A stretch of DNA of 59,352 nt, from positions 1 through 59,352 of the IMG/VR virus record IMGVR_UViG_3300030406_001933, one strand, 5' to 3'. Both the position numbers and the translations under genes were made by a program. This stretch comes from a virus. Lineage: Duplodnaviria > Caudoviricetes. Below the pieces are notes generated by a model, which did not search any database, had not been told where the DNA came from, and worked only from the letters and a program-made list of their open reading frames with translations. This document shows positions 16,781 to 25,649 of the stretch, piece by piece; the stretch's first letter is position 1; every line of letters begins with the position of its first letter.

Positions 16781-18718
16781 ATGAGTAATGATGTCTTTTA
16801 CTTACCACCTGATGACCCTGATTTAGATAGGGAATACATCACTGGTGAGGAGTTCCAACGAGGGACTAAAACTGCTGTGCGTACACTATCGTCTGACTTT
16901 GATACAGATGTTGTGTTTGCAGGCGAGCAAGCCAAGACTGATGGCAAACAAGTTGTGCTACCATTGACTGATGCAGACAAGATGATGACGCATAGACAAG
17001 TTGAAGTTGGTCGTGGCTATGCCAATCACGAAACTCTACACAAGTTGTTGACTGACTTTGATAGTGGTCAAGCTTGGTTGAGAAAGCAACACGAAGAAGG
17101 TAAGCACTATACTGCATCAATGGGACAAGCTATTGAAGATGTCCGTATTGAGAATGGTGGTGTCAAACTATACTCTGGTATTGGTAAGTCAGTTGACAAG
17201 ACTGCCGAGCAAGTCTGTAAGGAGTTCAAGAAGATTGCAGACAAGCAACCAGAGATATGCAAAGACCCTTGGAAAGTGTTGCCTGTTGCTGTGACTTGGG
17301 CAGGCAGAATCAAGATAGGTTATCCTAGTGCTACTATCAAACAAGCACTAGCCAATCTATCGCCAGAGATACAAGACAGAGCAAACAAAATTGCAGATGC
17401 TGTGTTGTCTATACCACACGGAGTCAAAGGGGTTGGTCAAGTCAACCAATCGGAGGCTCACGAGGGTAGTAGACAAGGTATGCAATTTGCCGAGCGTGTT
17501 GTTCAAGAACTTGCCAAAGATGTTCCACCACCACCACCCGAAGAACAAGAGAAAGAAGTTGAGGGTAATAGTGGTTCGGGCAGTGGCAAGGACAATGATG
17601 AAGCACACAATGGAGAAGCAGAACAAAACAAATCTCAGACACGAGGTCACGGAGCTTCTTCAAGTGAGTTGGAAACAACATTGATTCAGACAGAGCCACA
17701 CGCATTTGATCCTAACCTAGACCAAGTGACCAAGCATTTCTCAAGAGAACACGAGAAACACAAAGGTCATAGTGTGCAGAAGGGTTCGTTCACATACGAT
17801 GGTGACAAGATTGAAGAGCCTAGACAAGCACTGAGAGAAGCTGAACACTATCGCGTGCAGTATGACAAAATCAAGAAGAATCTTGGTAGCAGACTAGCGA
17901 CTATGAAAAGAAAGCTAGAGAAAGCACTGATTACCAAGCTTGATATTGAGTATGAATCATCTAGGTCTGGTCGGTTGCACCTACGAGGTAGAGCACCACA
18001 GATTATGATGGGTATGGATAATGTTCGTAGACGAAGAACAGAAGGTAATGAGATAGATACTGCTGTGTCTATTCTTGTTGACTGCTCTGGTTCAATGTCT
18101 GGTTCACCTATGGCACTTGCAGGTCAGTCTGCTATTGCTTTGGGTGAGTGTCTACAATCAGGTCGTATACCATTTGAGATTGTTGGACACACTACATTCC
18201 ATTGGAGAAAGGAAATGAGAGAGTTGTTGTGGGAAGCACACGACAAGGGATTTAGATACGAACGAGAGTGTGGTGTCTATATGCCAGTGTTCAAACCATT
18301 CAACAAGGAACTCAACAAATGCAAACATCTAATGGGGTTCATACCTACAGCCGCTGACAATTCCAATGCAGATGCAGACGCAATCTTGATGTGTGCTGAT
18401 AGACTTATGCAACGAACAGAATCTAACAAGATTATGATGGTACTTGCAGATGGCTATCCTGCTTGGCACGGCTCACGAGGTGGTCGTAGTCAGAATGAAA
18501 TCACAAGAGATGCTGTTGATAAGGTAGACAAAATGGGTATCAAGTCAGTTGGTATTGGTATTGATTGCGATTCAGTCAAGCAGTTCTTTCCGAGATGGGT
18601 TGTTGTCAATGATGTAGACGACCTTGCTAAGAACACACTAGACCAAGTTGCCAAGATGATACTCGGTGACAGATTCCATATTGATAACAGCGACCTTATC
18701 AAAGCCAAGGCTAGTTAG
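16781..18718 (+). CDS. CobT-like protein: HExxH domain plus C-terminal vWA domain
   Basis: NHETLH...IEDVRIE N-domain, acidic linker, MIDAS DCSGSM...LADGYP...GIGI. Confidence 0.88.
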   Translation: MSNDVFYLPPDDPDLDREYITGEEFQRGTKTAVRTLSSDFDTDVVFAGEQAKTDGKQVVLPLTDADKMMTHRQVEVGRGYANHETLHKLLTDFDSGQAWLRKQHEEGKHYTASMGQAIEDVRIENGGVKLYSGIGKSVDKTAEQVCKEFKKIADKQPEICKDPWKVLPVAVTWAGRIKIGYPSATIKQALANLSPEIQDRANKIADAVLSIPHGVKGVGQVNQSEAHEGSRQGMQFAERVVQELAKDVPPPPPEEQEKEVEGNSGSGSGKDNDEAHNGEAEQNKSQTRGHGASSSELETTLIQTEPHAFDPNLDQVTKHFSREHEKHKGHSVQKGSFTYDGDKIEEPRQALREAEHYRVQYDKIKKNLGSRLATMKRKLEKALITKLDIEYESSRSGRLHLRGRAPQIMMGMDNVRRRRTEGNEIDTAVSILVDCSGSMSGSPMALAGQSAIALGECLQSGRIPFEIVGHTTFHWRKEMRELLWEAHDKGFRYERECGVYMPVFKPFNKELNKCKHLMGFIPTAADNSNADADAILMCADRLMQRTESNKIMMVLADGYPAWHGSRGGRSQNEITRDAVDKVDKMGIKSVGIGIDCDSVKQFFPRWVVVNDVDDLAKNTLDQVAKMILGDRFHIDNSDLIKAKAS

Positions 18719-18719
18719 T

Positions 18720-18893
18720 ATGGCTCGTAAATGGAAACCCAAAAGAAGATATACTATTCCCTCGTGGTGGTTTGCGTTAGCACCACATTCTTCTTACGAT
18801 TTTTGGATTAAGATTGCCAAGCATTGTGAGAGGAAAGGGATTAGGAAAAATAACCTTAACGCAGTCAAAGATGTAATAAAGGAGTACAAATGA
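18720..18893 (+). CDS. Hypothetical basic protein
   Basis: MARKWKPKRRY..., starts 1 nt after the vWA gene stop. Confidence 0.55.
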   Translation: MARKWKPKRRYTIPSWWFALAPHSSYDFWIKIAKHCERKGIRKNNLNAVKDVIKEYK

Positions 18894-19153
18894 AACATCT
18901 AAAACAACCGATTATACAAGCACTGGAAGATGCTATATTGCGTAAAGCTAATTCAGACCCAGAGTTTGTATGTAGTGTAGTAACCAATACTAACTGGGAT
19001 TTATCGGATTCTATCGCAGACAAGTCAAATATCATAGATGGCGTGCGTGCTATAGAATATCCTTGTAATCCCCACTATTGTATTGTCCGACTTGTCAGAC
19101 AGAATGAATCTGTTATACTGAGAGCAGACAATGTAATAGGTTTTTACGATTAA
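18890..19153 (+). CDS. Hypothetical protein
   Basis: 87 aa, AAGGAG SD. Confidence 0.7.
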   Translation: MKHLKQPIIQALEDAILRKANSDPEFVCSVVTNTNWDLSDSIADKSNIIDGVRAIEYPCNPHYCIVRLVRQNESVILRADNVIGFYD

Positions 19154-19176
19154 CCCTAACCATAAGGAGTACTATT

Positions 19177-19647
19177 ATGACTAAGAAATATGAAGATGAG
19201 ATAGCGAGTTCAGAACTAGAGAAACTCGGTGTCACACAACCCAAGCCTAAGAGGACATATCCTGCAGACCAAGTAGGTAATGACTTTGATTGGATAGATG
19301 ACGATATAGATAGTGTCTTTGCAGAACAAGATAACCAAGCAACATTGTTCCCAGATGCTATCCCAGAACATCTTGATACAAGAAAGACCAAGATTGTTGA
19401 TGATGACAAGGGTGTTATTGATAGAGAGTCTATCACATACACAACTGAAGAATACAACGACTTGTGTAATAACATATTCAAAGATGTTTGTGACTTGCTA
19501 GAAACAAGACAGATTATCTTTGGGACTGGCAAGGCTAGTCAACGATTGAAAAAGATACTGAAGGCTTACATACGAACTCAATGTGTATATTTAGACAATG
19601 GCTTTGAAGATACTAACACTGAGTACAAGAAGATTAGAGTAGAGTAA
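19177..19647 (+). CDS. Hypothetical acidic protein
   Basis: 156 aa, AAGGAG SD, strongly Asp/Glu-rich N-half. Confidence 0.75.
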   Translation: MTKKYEDEIASSELEKLGVTQPKPKRTYPADQVGNDFDWIDDDIDSVFAEQDNQATLFPDAIPEHLDTRKTKIVDDDKGVIDRESITYTTEEYNDLCNNIFKDVCDLLETRQIIFGTGKASQRLKKILKAYIRTQCVYLDNGFEDTNTEYKKIRVE

Positions 19648-20000
19648 TGCCTAAGAAATTGAGTCCTGCTGACGAACGCTATCTAGCTTGGAAGAAAGAG
19701 AAAGACAGCAAAGTCAGTAGGTCTACAATATCCGATGATGACAGCTCACAGTCTGGCAAGGCGAGCGAAACAATAAATGTAGACAAAGGTCAAGCTTTTA
19801 TTTTGATTAAGTCTGCTAAAGATATGCAAATCGCTATTTGCCCAGAGAATGAGAAGCAATTGAAAGAGGTAGAATTAATTGCTATCGGACTTTATATGTG
19901 CCTATCCAAAAAGAAATGGACAGACGCACTCATAAAGAGAACTCATCAATTTCTATCTGAAAAACTTAACCCTAACGATAACGATAAAGGAGGTCTGTAA
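19647..20000 (+). CDS. Hypothetical protein
   Basis: 117 aa, TAATG coupling. Confidence 0.7.
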   Translation: MPKKLSPADERYLAWKKEKDSKVSRSTISDDDSSQSGKASETINVDKGQAFILIKSAKDMQIAICPENEKQLKEVELIAIGLYMCLSKKKWTDALIKRTHQFLSEKLNPNDNDKGGL

Positions 20001-20500
20001 TGGCTGATGTAAGTAAAGTAATCGCAAAATTACTTGGTGGTGTAGATGAAAAAACCATTGAGAAGGTTGCGTATGTGGTTGTTCAAGCAGTTAGCAAACT
20101 GAAAGAAGAACCATATGTAATGATACCAAAGAAAGACATTGGTAATGGCAAGGTCAAGTCTTTGGGTAAGAAACCTAGAAGGTGGGGCAAAGTGATAGAC
20201 TCTATTGACTACACTGCTAAACCAACTGGGTATGCACTGAAAGGTAATTGGGCGAATGTCTACGATTTGACCAAGCACCCACAGGATACGGTCGTGATGA
20301 TAAATATTCCATACATAGGTTTATTACTTGGTAAGGTTGTTTATCATTCAACACATACTGGTAAGTATGCCAATGGTAATCAGTATGAAGTAAAACATTT
20401 TGTAGCCGATCAACAATTTGATGATGGTCAGTATGCAAATGTAATTACTAGATGTAGACAACTTGGTGTTCCACAGGAAGCGAAGGTGTCTAATGGATAG
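20000..20500 (+). CDS. Hypothetical protein
   Basis: 166 aa, AAGGAGG SD, TAATG coupling. Confidence 0.75.
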   Translation: MADVSKVIAKLLGGVDEKTIEKVAYVVVQAVSKLKEEPYVMIPKKDIGNGKVKSLGKKPRRWGKVIDSIDYTAKPTGYALKGNWANVYDLTKHPQDTVVMINIPYIGLLLGKVVYHSTHTGKYANGNQYEVKHFVADQQFDDGQYANVITRCRQLGVPQEAKVSNG

Positions 20501-20675
20501 ACAAATAACAATACTCATCAAAGACACTGACGGCAAGTTCAAATCCTTTCCTAAGATACCAGATGAATTGCTAGACAAGATAAAGCAATTCGTTCAAGAG
20601 GAAATTGACAATAACAATCACAATGAAACTGAAGAAAAGGAAGATGAAAATGTTGAAAGTAAAAGCGAGGGGTAA
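20493..20675 (+). CDS. Hypothetical small acidic protein
   Basis: MDRQITILIKD..., overlapping the previous stop and the recombinase start. Confidence 0.5.
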   Translation: MDRQITILIKDTDGKFKSFPKIPDELLDKIKQFVQEEIDNNNHNETEEKEDENVESKSEG

Positions 20676-21624
20676 GACCTTATATATAAGTGGTACTTTT
20701 ATGGGTCAAAGAGTAAGGCAATCAACTGGCTTACCAATCCATAATAAGAAGAAGGCAGACCTAATGCGATTAGGTATTGAGAAAGATATATTTGATTATC
20801 AAATGGGTCTATCTCACAAGTTCGTAAATGAAAACAGAAAATGGCAAGAGGCTGTAGAGTTATATAGCAAACACAAGGTAGACTTGTCTGATGTGACTAA
20901 GCTTGTTGTAAGTTATCTTTCACCACTGGATAGCTACAAATTTGTCAGGATTAGACCTGACCTCATAGACGACTTGTTATCTGCCAAAGTAAGTGGGAGT
21001 TCATTGAATCGGTATAGAAATGTAGCTAATGCTATAATCAACTATGCCAACAAGGTGTGGGGTACTGATGTTGATAGAGTTCCTAACCCTAAAGTAGACG
21101 ATTCAAGGGACGAACACCTAGTCAAGCACGAAGTTAAGAACCTTCTAAGTGTTGCAAAATTACAACATATGTACCACTACGAGTTCAGAAGCCTTATTTT
21201 CTGCGGTCTACGACTAGGAGAGCTGTTGCAATTAGACCACAGCAACTACGATCGTACATCAAATACCTTGTTTATACATAGGCATACCAAGAATACTAAG
21301 ACTAATTCAAGGTCTATTCCTATCGCTGACAAGGAACTACAAGATTTCTTTGGCTCAAAAGCCAAGGGGATAATGTTTGATAAGGTGCTTTCAAAGAAAT
21401 TGAATAGCATTTTACGAGCATTGTTAAGAGGTATAGGTGTTTCGCGTAATGTAAGAGTACACGATTTACGACATACATTCGCATACCTACTTGCTCAGAG
21501 TGGAGCCGATTTAGGTGACATTCAATTACTAATGGGTCACAAAGATATATCACAGACAATGAGATATAGAGGGTGGATTCGTAGTAGAGCAGAGAAACAC
21601 ATAAGTAAAACACTAACCATATAA
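20650..21624 (+). CDS. int: Tyrosine recombinase / integrase
   Basis: Catalytic set CGLRLGE (R), KT, VHDLRHTFA (HxxR), LMGH, TMRY (Y); N-terminal arm-binding-like beta region (RVRQSTG). Start uncertain (20605-20650). Confidence 0.92.
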   Translation: MLKVKARGKTLYISGTFMGQRVRQSTGLPIHNKKKADLMRLGIEKDIFDYQMGLSHKFVNENRKWQEAVELYSKHKVDLSDVTKLVVSYLSPLDSYKFVRIRPDLIDDLLSAKVSGSSLNRYRNVANAIINYANKVWGTDVDRVPNPKVDDSRDEHLVKHEVKNLLSVAKLQHMYHYEFRSLIFCGLRLGELLQLDHSNYDRTSNTLFIHRHTKNTKTNSRSIPIADKELQDFFGSKAKGIMFDKVLSKKLNSILRALLRGIGVSRNVRVHDLRHTFAYLLAQSGADLGDIQLLMGHKDISQTMRYRGWIRSRAEKHISKTLTI

Positions 21625-21643
21625 CTATAAAGGAGTAATAACT

Positions 21644-22102
21644 ATGACTATTAAACAAACTTGGTTAAGCAAGGGTCAAATCGCGTTGGATAACGCAAGG
21701 AAGAAAGGCTTTAATGTTAAAGAACTTCCTAAACCACTCAAAGATGAGATAATTGAATTCCACGAGGCAGGCATATCAGTAAAAGATATTGCCGAGCATT
21801 TCAATCTAATGGAATTTGCAGTCAATCATTGTTTGGGTATCAAGCAGAATAGTGGGCTTCAGTCTACCAATAAAATAAAACCTTCCCCAAAACAGGTGCA
21901 GCAGCGTAGCAGCATCAAATCAGAGGTTAAGGTAGACGAGGAATACCATAGTCTAAATGTAAGTAGAAAAAGCTATGATTATGTGAGTTCACTAGCAACT
22001 ATACTTGGAACGACAAGACGAGAGATTGTTGATAGAATGACTACTTATCTTCAGAAAGAGAATAACAAAGATTTCTTGAAGAAGAGCATTAAAGATGAGT
22101 AG
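21644..22102 (+). CDS. Putative DNA-binding protein (HTH plus ribbon-helix-helix-like C-terminus)
   Basis: GISVKDIAEHFNL HTH; SLNVSRKSYDYVSSLA...TRREIVD RHH-like segment. Confidence 0.6.
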   Translation: MTIKQTWLSKGQIALDNARKKGFNVKELPKPLKDEIIEFHEAGISVKDIAEHFNLMEFAVNHCLGIKQNSGLQSTNKIKPSPKQVQQRSSIKSEVKVDEEYHSLNVSRKSYDYVSSLATILGTTRREIVDRMTTYLQKENNKDFLKKSIKDE

Positions 22103-22313
22103 GGCGAGGCTAGTAAATAAACTCTTTGATGAAGTACATAAAAGAGGAGATACGATAACTCGCGTCTGCAAAAAGGCAGGACTCTCTGAGTCAACCGTAC
22201 GCTCTTGGCGTAGACACGAACCTTTGCTTGGCAACTTTATTGCATTGGTAGAGGCTAGTGGTGGGAAAATAGAACTTCACTACGATAACAAAAACAATAA
22301 GGAGAAACTATGA
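22095..22313 (+). CDS. XRE/Cro-like HTH regulator
   Basis: ITRVCKKAGLSESTVRSWRR...P-x-L. Confidence 0.8.
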   Translation: MSRARLVNKLFDEVHKRGDTITRVCKKAGLSESTVRSWRRHEPLLGNFIALVEASGGKIELHYDNKNNKEKL

Positions 22314-22864
22314 ACATCTTTTATATAGATACAGACCCAGTCAAATCAGCAAACTTTCATTGTGACGCACACTTACGCAAGATGATAATTGAGTATGCAC
22401 AGATAATGTGTGTTGCACATTGGAACTCAACTGATGAATCGGATCTTGAACGAGCTGTAAGAAATAATTTGTATAGACCAGTACATCAGAAACACCCCAG
22501 TACAATTTGGGTCGGTCATCACCCTATGGCTTATTCATATACATTCAGTATGTGGGACGAACTACATAAGATATATATAAATAGGTATGGAAAACAACAC
22601 GCAAGTTTTAGATTGAGGGAAACAATAGTCAACCTGCCCCAGCCCCTGATTGAGAAACTTAAAAATTGTGTAGACAACCCTTGGTATTCCCCACCCCCTA
22701 TGTGCTTTGGTAAAGATTACGAACATATCAAAGTGGGTGTTGACCCAACTTCACACGAAGCTGTGGTAAATGCTTACCGAGAATATTATAGACAAGGCAA
22801 GTCACGATTTGCTTCTTGGGGTGGAGATAGGAGTTTACCGAGGTGGTGGTTACAGGTGGCTTAA
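22310..22864 (+). CDS. Pyrimidine-dimer DNA glycosylase / DenV-like family protein
   Basis: MNIFYIDTDP...HCDAHLRKMIIEYAQ...HQKHPSTIW...RYGKQH...AYREYY motif pattern. Confidence 0.8.
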   Translation: MNIFYIDTDPVKSANFHCDAHLRKMIIEYAQIMCVAHWNSTDESDLERAVRNNLYRPVHQKHPSTIWVGHHPMAYSYTFSMWDELHKIYINRYGKQHASFRLRETIVNLPQPLIEKLKNCVDNPWYSPPPMCFGKDYEHIKVGVDPTSHEAVVNAYREYYRQGKSRFASWGGDRSLPRWWLQVA

Positions 22865-22982
22865 ACATCTTGGTCAAAGGTATCGTAGACCAAAATGATA
22901 AAAAAATAATAAAGAGTAAAAGGTCAACTGCCACACTTCAGAACGCAAGATTTTTTGAGAACAAATATAAAAGGAGTAATAA

Positions 22983-23048
22983 ATGGAAATAACATTAGCT
23001 TATATAATTTTTGGATTAATAGTTTTTTTTTGGAGTAATAAATTATGA
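22983..23048 (+). CDS. 21-aa hydrophobic peptide (not in ORF track)
   Basis: MEITLAYIIFGLIVFFWSNKL, AAGGAG SD, ATGA overlap with the next gene. Confidence 0.5.
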   Translation: MEITLAYIIFGLIVFFWSNKL

Positions 23049-23272
23049 ACACTTTATATATAGTACTTTTATTAAATGGTGCTTTATTATACCACCCATT
23101 AGAATATAAATATGGAATGAACTGCTTAGAAACTTTTGAACATTGGCGAAAACATTACACTACTTTCACTTGGGAACGCCTTCCTGGAGAGAAAAATACT
23201 CAAGGATATTATGTAGACGAAGGAAAATTAAAGGATTCTAAAGTAATTGCTGTCTACTGCCCCACCAAATAA
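23045..23272 (+). CDS. Hypothetical protein with hydrophobic N-terminus
   Basis: 75 aa, GGAG SD, two Cys. Confidence 0.65.
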   Translation: MNTLYIVLLLNGALLYHPLEYKYGMNCLETFEHWRKHYTTFTWERLPGEKNTQGYYVDEGKLKDSKVIAVYCPTK

Positions 23273-23387
23273 CCCCCCAAACCCAGATGGAGAAAAAATT
23301 TTTCACCCTGAACCACGGGCTTGTTTTCAAAATTTTGGCGAAAATTTTTCACGGCAATACTCAGAACTTACGGCAATATTGCCCGCA
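23273..23387. repeat. Convergent intergenic repeat cluster
   Basis: AAAATTTTTCAC x2 (23295, 23341), ACGGCAATA x2 (23351, 23370), palindrome GGCAATATTGCC 23372-23383. Confidence 0.7.
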
Positions 23388-23654
23388 CTAGATCCGTGTC
23401 ATCTTTTTTATAACTGATTTAGGGTAGACATTACGATCACCGAAACCAATGTCGCCATCGTTTTGATAAGAGGCAAAGCTATAAATGTATTTGTTAGTTC
23501 TTTTAAACACATAGGCTTCAGTATGTATGGTGGCGACACGCATATTATTAAAGGCGTTCTCATCACTGATAGAAGAATCGCCAACGATATCTTCCCATAT
23601 GATTAAATATTTATAATACTTTTTCTCGCCGATTGTTATTGGTTTGCTAGGCAT
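23388..23654 (-). CDS. Conserved phage hypothetical protein
   Basis: IIWEDIVGDS...FASY...GDRNVYPKSVI pattern; start probably ATG 23654. Confidence 0.7.
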   Translation of the reverse strand: MPSKPITIGEKKYYKYLIIWEDIVGDSSISDENAFNNMRVATIHTEAYVFKRTNKYIYSFASYQNDGDIGFGDRNVYPKSVIKKMTRI

Positions 23655-23874
23655 CAAAGTCTTTTTTAAGACAATCCTCTCCACCTGCCATCAACATCAT
23701 ACCTGTTTCAATAGCTTCTTCAGGTGATAGTTGTAGACCTTGCCATAACAATTTGCCGTTTATTTTAGCAGGAAAATTAATTAGTACAGACGAAGGTGCA
23801 ACCTCAATAGAGGGCATAGGTACAGCGTCTGGGTGTACCATTAGTGCGAGTGTTTTAATATCTTCTTTATCCAT
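23647..23874 (-). CDS. Hypothetical protein
   Basis: 75 aa in the minus-strand operon. Confidence 0.6.
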   Translation of the reverse strand: MDKEDIKTLALMVHPDAVPMPSIEVAPSSVLINFPAKINGKLLWQGLQLSPEEAIETGMMLMAGGEDCLKKDFDA

Positions 23875-24344
23875 ACCTTAAATTGTTTATCAGTAAGCGA
23901 GTGTTTCATAATGTTTACCCTCTTACATACTAGCTGAATATTACCAGAAATGTATCCCTTTGTCGTATCCTTTCTGTCAATACTGATATTATTGGGGTTT
24001 CTATCAAACATTTTTAATATGTTAGATGATAGGTGTGTAAGTTTTACTCCCGATAACGCACACCTACCATCTTGTTTATAGTATAAATTTAATATGTAAT
24101 TGTAGTCTATAGTTACGGGAATCCTTTGTTTTAATCTTTTAGATCTTAGCTGTGTGAATAATCTTTTAATGAAAGCTTCAGGTGTTTTGGTGTATCCAAT
24201 CTTACGCCTTCTGCCAATACAAGTATTGCAAATTGAACGGCGATATGGCTTACGCTTGCCACCCCTTTTATTATAGTCTACATAAAAGGAAGTGACGGGC
24301 TTCGTTAGCCCGCACACTCGGCAAACTTTTGACGCTGTGGAAAT
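23841..24344 (-). CDS. HNH-type (His-Me finger) endonuclease with Zn finger
   Basis: CRVC...CNTC, CALSG, SIDRKD...GYISGNIQLVCKRVN; start uncertain (GTG 24317 or ATT 24344). Confidence 0.8.
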   Translation of the reverse strand: MSTASKVCRVCGLTKPVTSFYVDYNKRGGKRKPYRRSICNTCIGRRRKIGYTKTPEAFIKRLFTQLRSKRLKQRIPVTIDYNYILNLYYKQDGRCALSGVKLTHLSSNILKMFDRNPNNISIDRKDTTKGYISGNIQLVCKRVNIMKHSLTDKQFKVWIKKILKHSH

Positions 24345-24361
24345 CGCACTTACCTACCTGT

Positions 24362-24517
24362 TTAGGTTTTTTTAAGACTCTTTCTACGAGCAGACTTCAT
24401 ACGAGCCTTGCTGTAGACCGTGCCTTTTTTAGCCTTCATCGCTGCTGCAGAAGTTTTCTTAGCTTGTCCTTTCTGCTTCATAGACTTAGACTTTTTATAT
24501 GTTGATCGCATCGGCAT
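24362..24517 (-). CDS. 51-aa Lys/Arg-rich protein (not in ORF track)
   Basis: MPMRSTYKKSKSMKQKGQAKKTSAAAMKAKKGTVYSKARMKSARRKSLKKT; AAGGAG SD. Confidence 0.7.
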   Translation of the reverse strand: MPMRSTYKKSKSMKQKGQAKKTSAAAMKAKKGTVYSKARMKSARRKSLKKT

Positions 24518-24540
24518 AGGTTTTCTCCTTCCTCTGGTGG

Positions 24541-24648
24541 TTAATATTTTTTTGACTTCATTTTTTTGCCAGTCTTTTTAGCATAAGCTTTCGCTTTTGC
24601 CTTGCCTTTTTTAGTGTAAGCAAACTTTTTATTACCAACTTTCGGCAT
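24541..24648 (-). CDS. 35-aa Lys-rich protein (not in ORF track)
   Basis: MPKVGNKKFAYTKKGKAKAKAYAKKTGKKMKSKKY; AAGGA SD. Confidence 0.75.
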   Translation of the reverse strand: MPKVGNKKFAYTKKGKAKAKAYAKKTGKKMKSKKY

Positions 24649-24663
24649 ATGTGTAGTCCTTTC

Positions 24664-24915
24664 TTAATCTGACACTTTTATTTTAATTAAAACCGTGTCT
24701 ATCTTCTCTTCTATCTTATCAAATCTACGACCCAAGTCGTCCATTGATAACCTTAAATCTTTCTTAGAAGCATATTCTCTAGCCATCTCAGTCTTTGCTT
24801 CGTACACGGTTCGTTCTATCTCATCTATTTTCACAGACACCCCCCTTATCCACCATACTAAAGATCCACCAGCCACGGTGAGTATGGCATTCCATATCAT
24901 TGTCATTTCTGGCAT
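24664..24915 (-). CDS. Single-TM coiled-coil membrane protein (holin/XhlA-like)
   Basis: N-terminal TM (IWNAILTVAGGSLVWWI) then coiled coil ending RFDKIEEKID. Confidence 0.65.
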   Translation of the reverse strand: MPEMTMIWNAILTVAGGSLVWWIRGVSVKIDEIERTVYEAKTEMAREYASKKDLRLSMDDLGRRFDKIEEKIDTVLIKIKVSD

Positions 24916-25649
24916 TAATCATACCCTCCATCTTTATTGAGTTCTCCTTTAAATGCGACACCATCTTGATGTTGCCCATCTTTTTTCATCGTGTATTGAT
25001 TAGCGTAATCAGAATTAAATTCTTTATTCATCACATAAGTTTTGCCAGTCTGATGATTCATTGGGTGTGTTTGATTTGATTTAACTCCATCGTGACCAGG
25101 GTCTGTCCAGTATTTGACTTGTGGGTGATTTGGATCTCCGTTCTCCCATTCTTCTATCTTCATCCAGTGTGGGTAGACATAGGATTTAGTTGCCGATTGA
25201 TTATAAGGCTGAGGTAAAGACGCACTATTCCAAGAGTAAGAAGGTATTTCATCTAACCCGTCTGAGATACCACTATTATCTGGTAGGTCTACAGAAACGG
25301 TATAGTATGATGACGCAACATCTAACCTTACAATACCAGTTATATCTTTGCCCCAAGAGTTATACCAGAACTCTATGTTCTGCATACCACTAGACCAGAC
25401 AAGAAATTTTACACAGATAGCTGTGTTATTTGAAGAGGGTGTAATTTTTTGTGTGAAGAAGTTACCACCTGGTCTAGGTATATTATTATTAACTCTATAT
25501 TCAGGAGTTGGAAATGCCGAAGCACCTGAATGTGACCAAGTGTTTACATTACTACCAGTGGTAGGTTTATACATTATAATAAATCGTTGTAATAGTTTAA
25601 CGCCTTCGTTAACTCCTACGATTCTTTGTGGTGCATCTTTGTATTCCAT
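24915..25649 (-). CDS. Hypothetical protein (possible minor structural)
   Basis: 244 aa, coupled at both ends. Confidence 0.7.
   Translation of the reverse strand: MEYKDAPQRIVGVNEGVKLLQRFIIMYKPTTGSNVNTWSHSGASAFPTPEYRVNNNIPRPGGNFFTQKITPSSNNTAICVKFLVWSSGMQNIEFWYNSWGKDITGIVRLDVASSYYTVSVDLPDNSGISDGLDEIPSYSWNSASLPQPYNQSATKSYVYPHWMKIEEWENGDPNHPQVKYWTDPGHDGVKSNQTHPMNHQTGKTYVMNKEFNSDYANQYTMKKDGQHQDGVAFKGELNKDGGYD

Noticed and set aside
14294-18718. Cobalamin biosynthesis auxiliary genes cobS/cobT
   Set aside because: No cobN or other B12 genes; long N-extension and HExxH domain fit the generic phage MoxR-vWA pair, so gene symbols were withheld.
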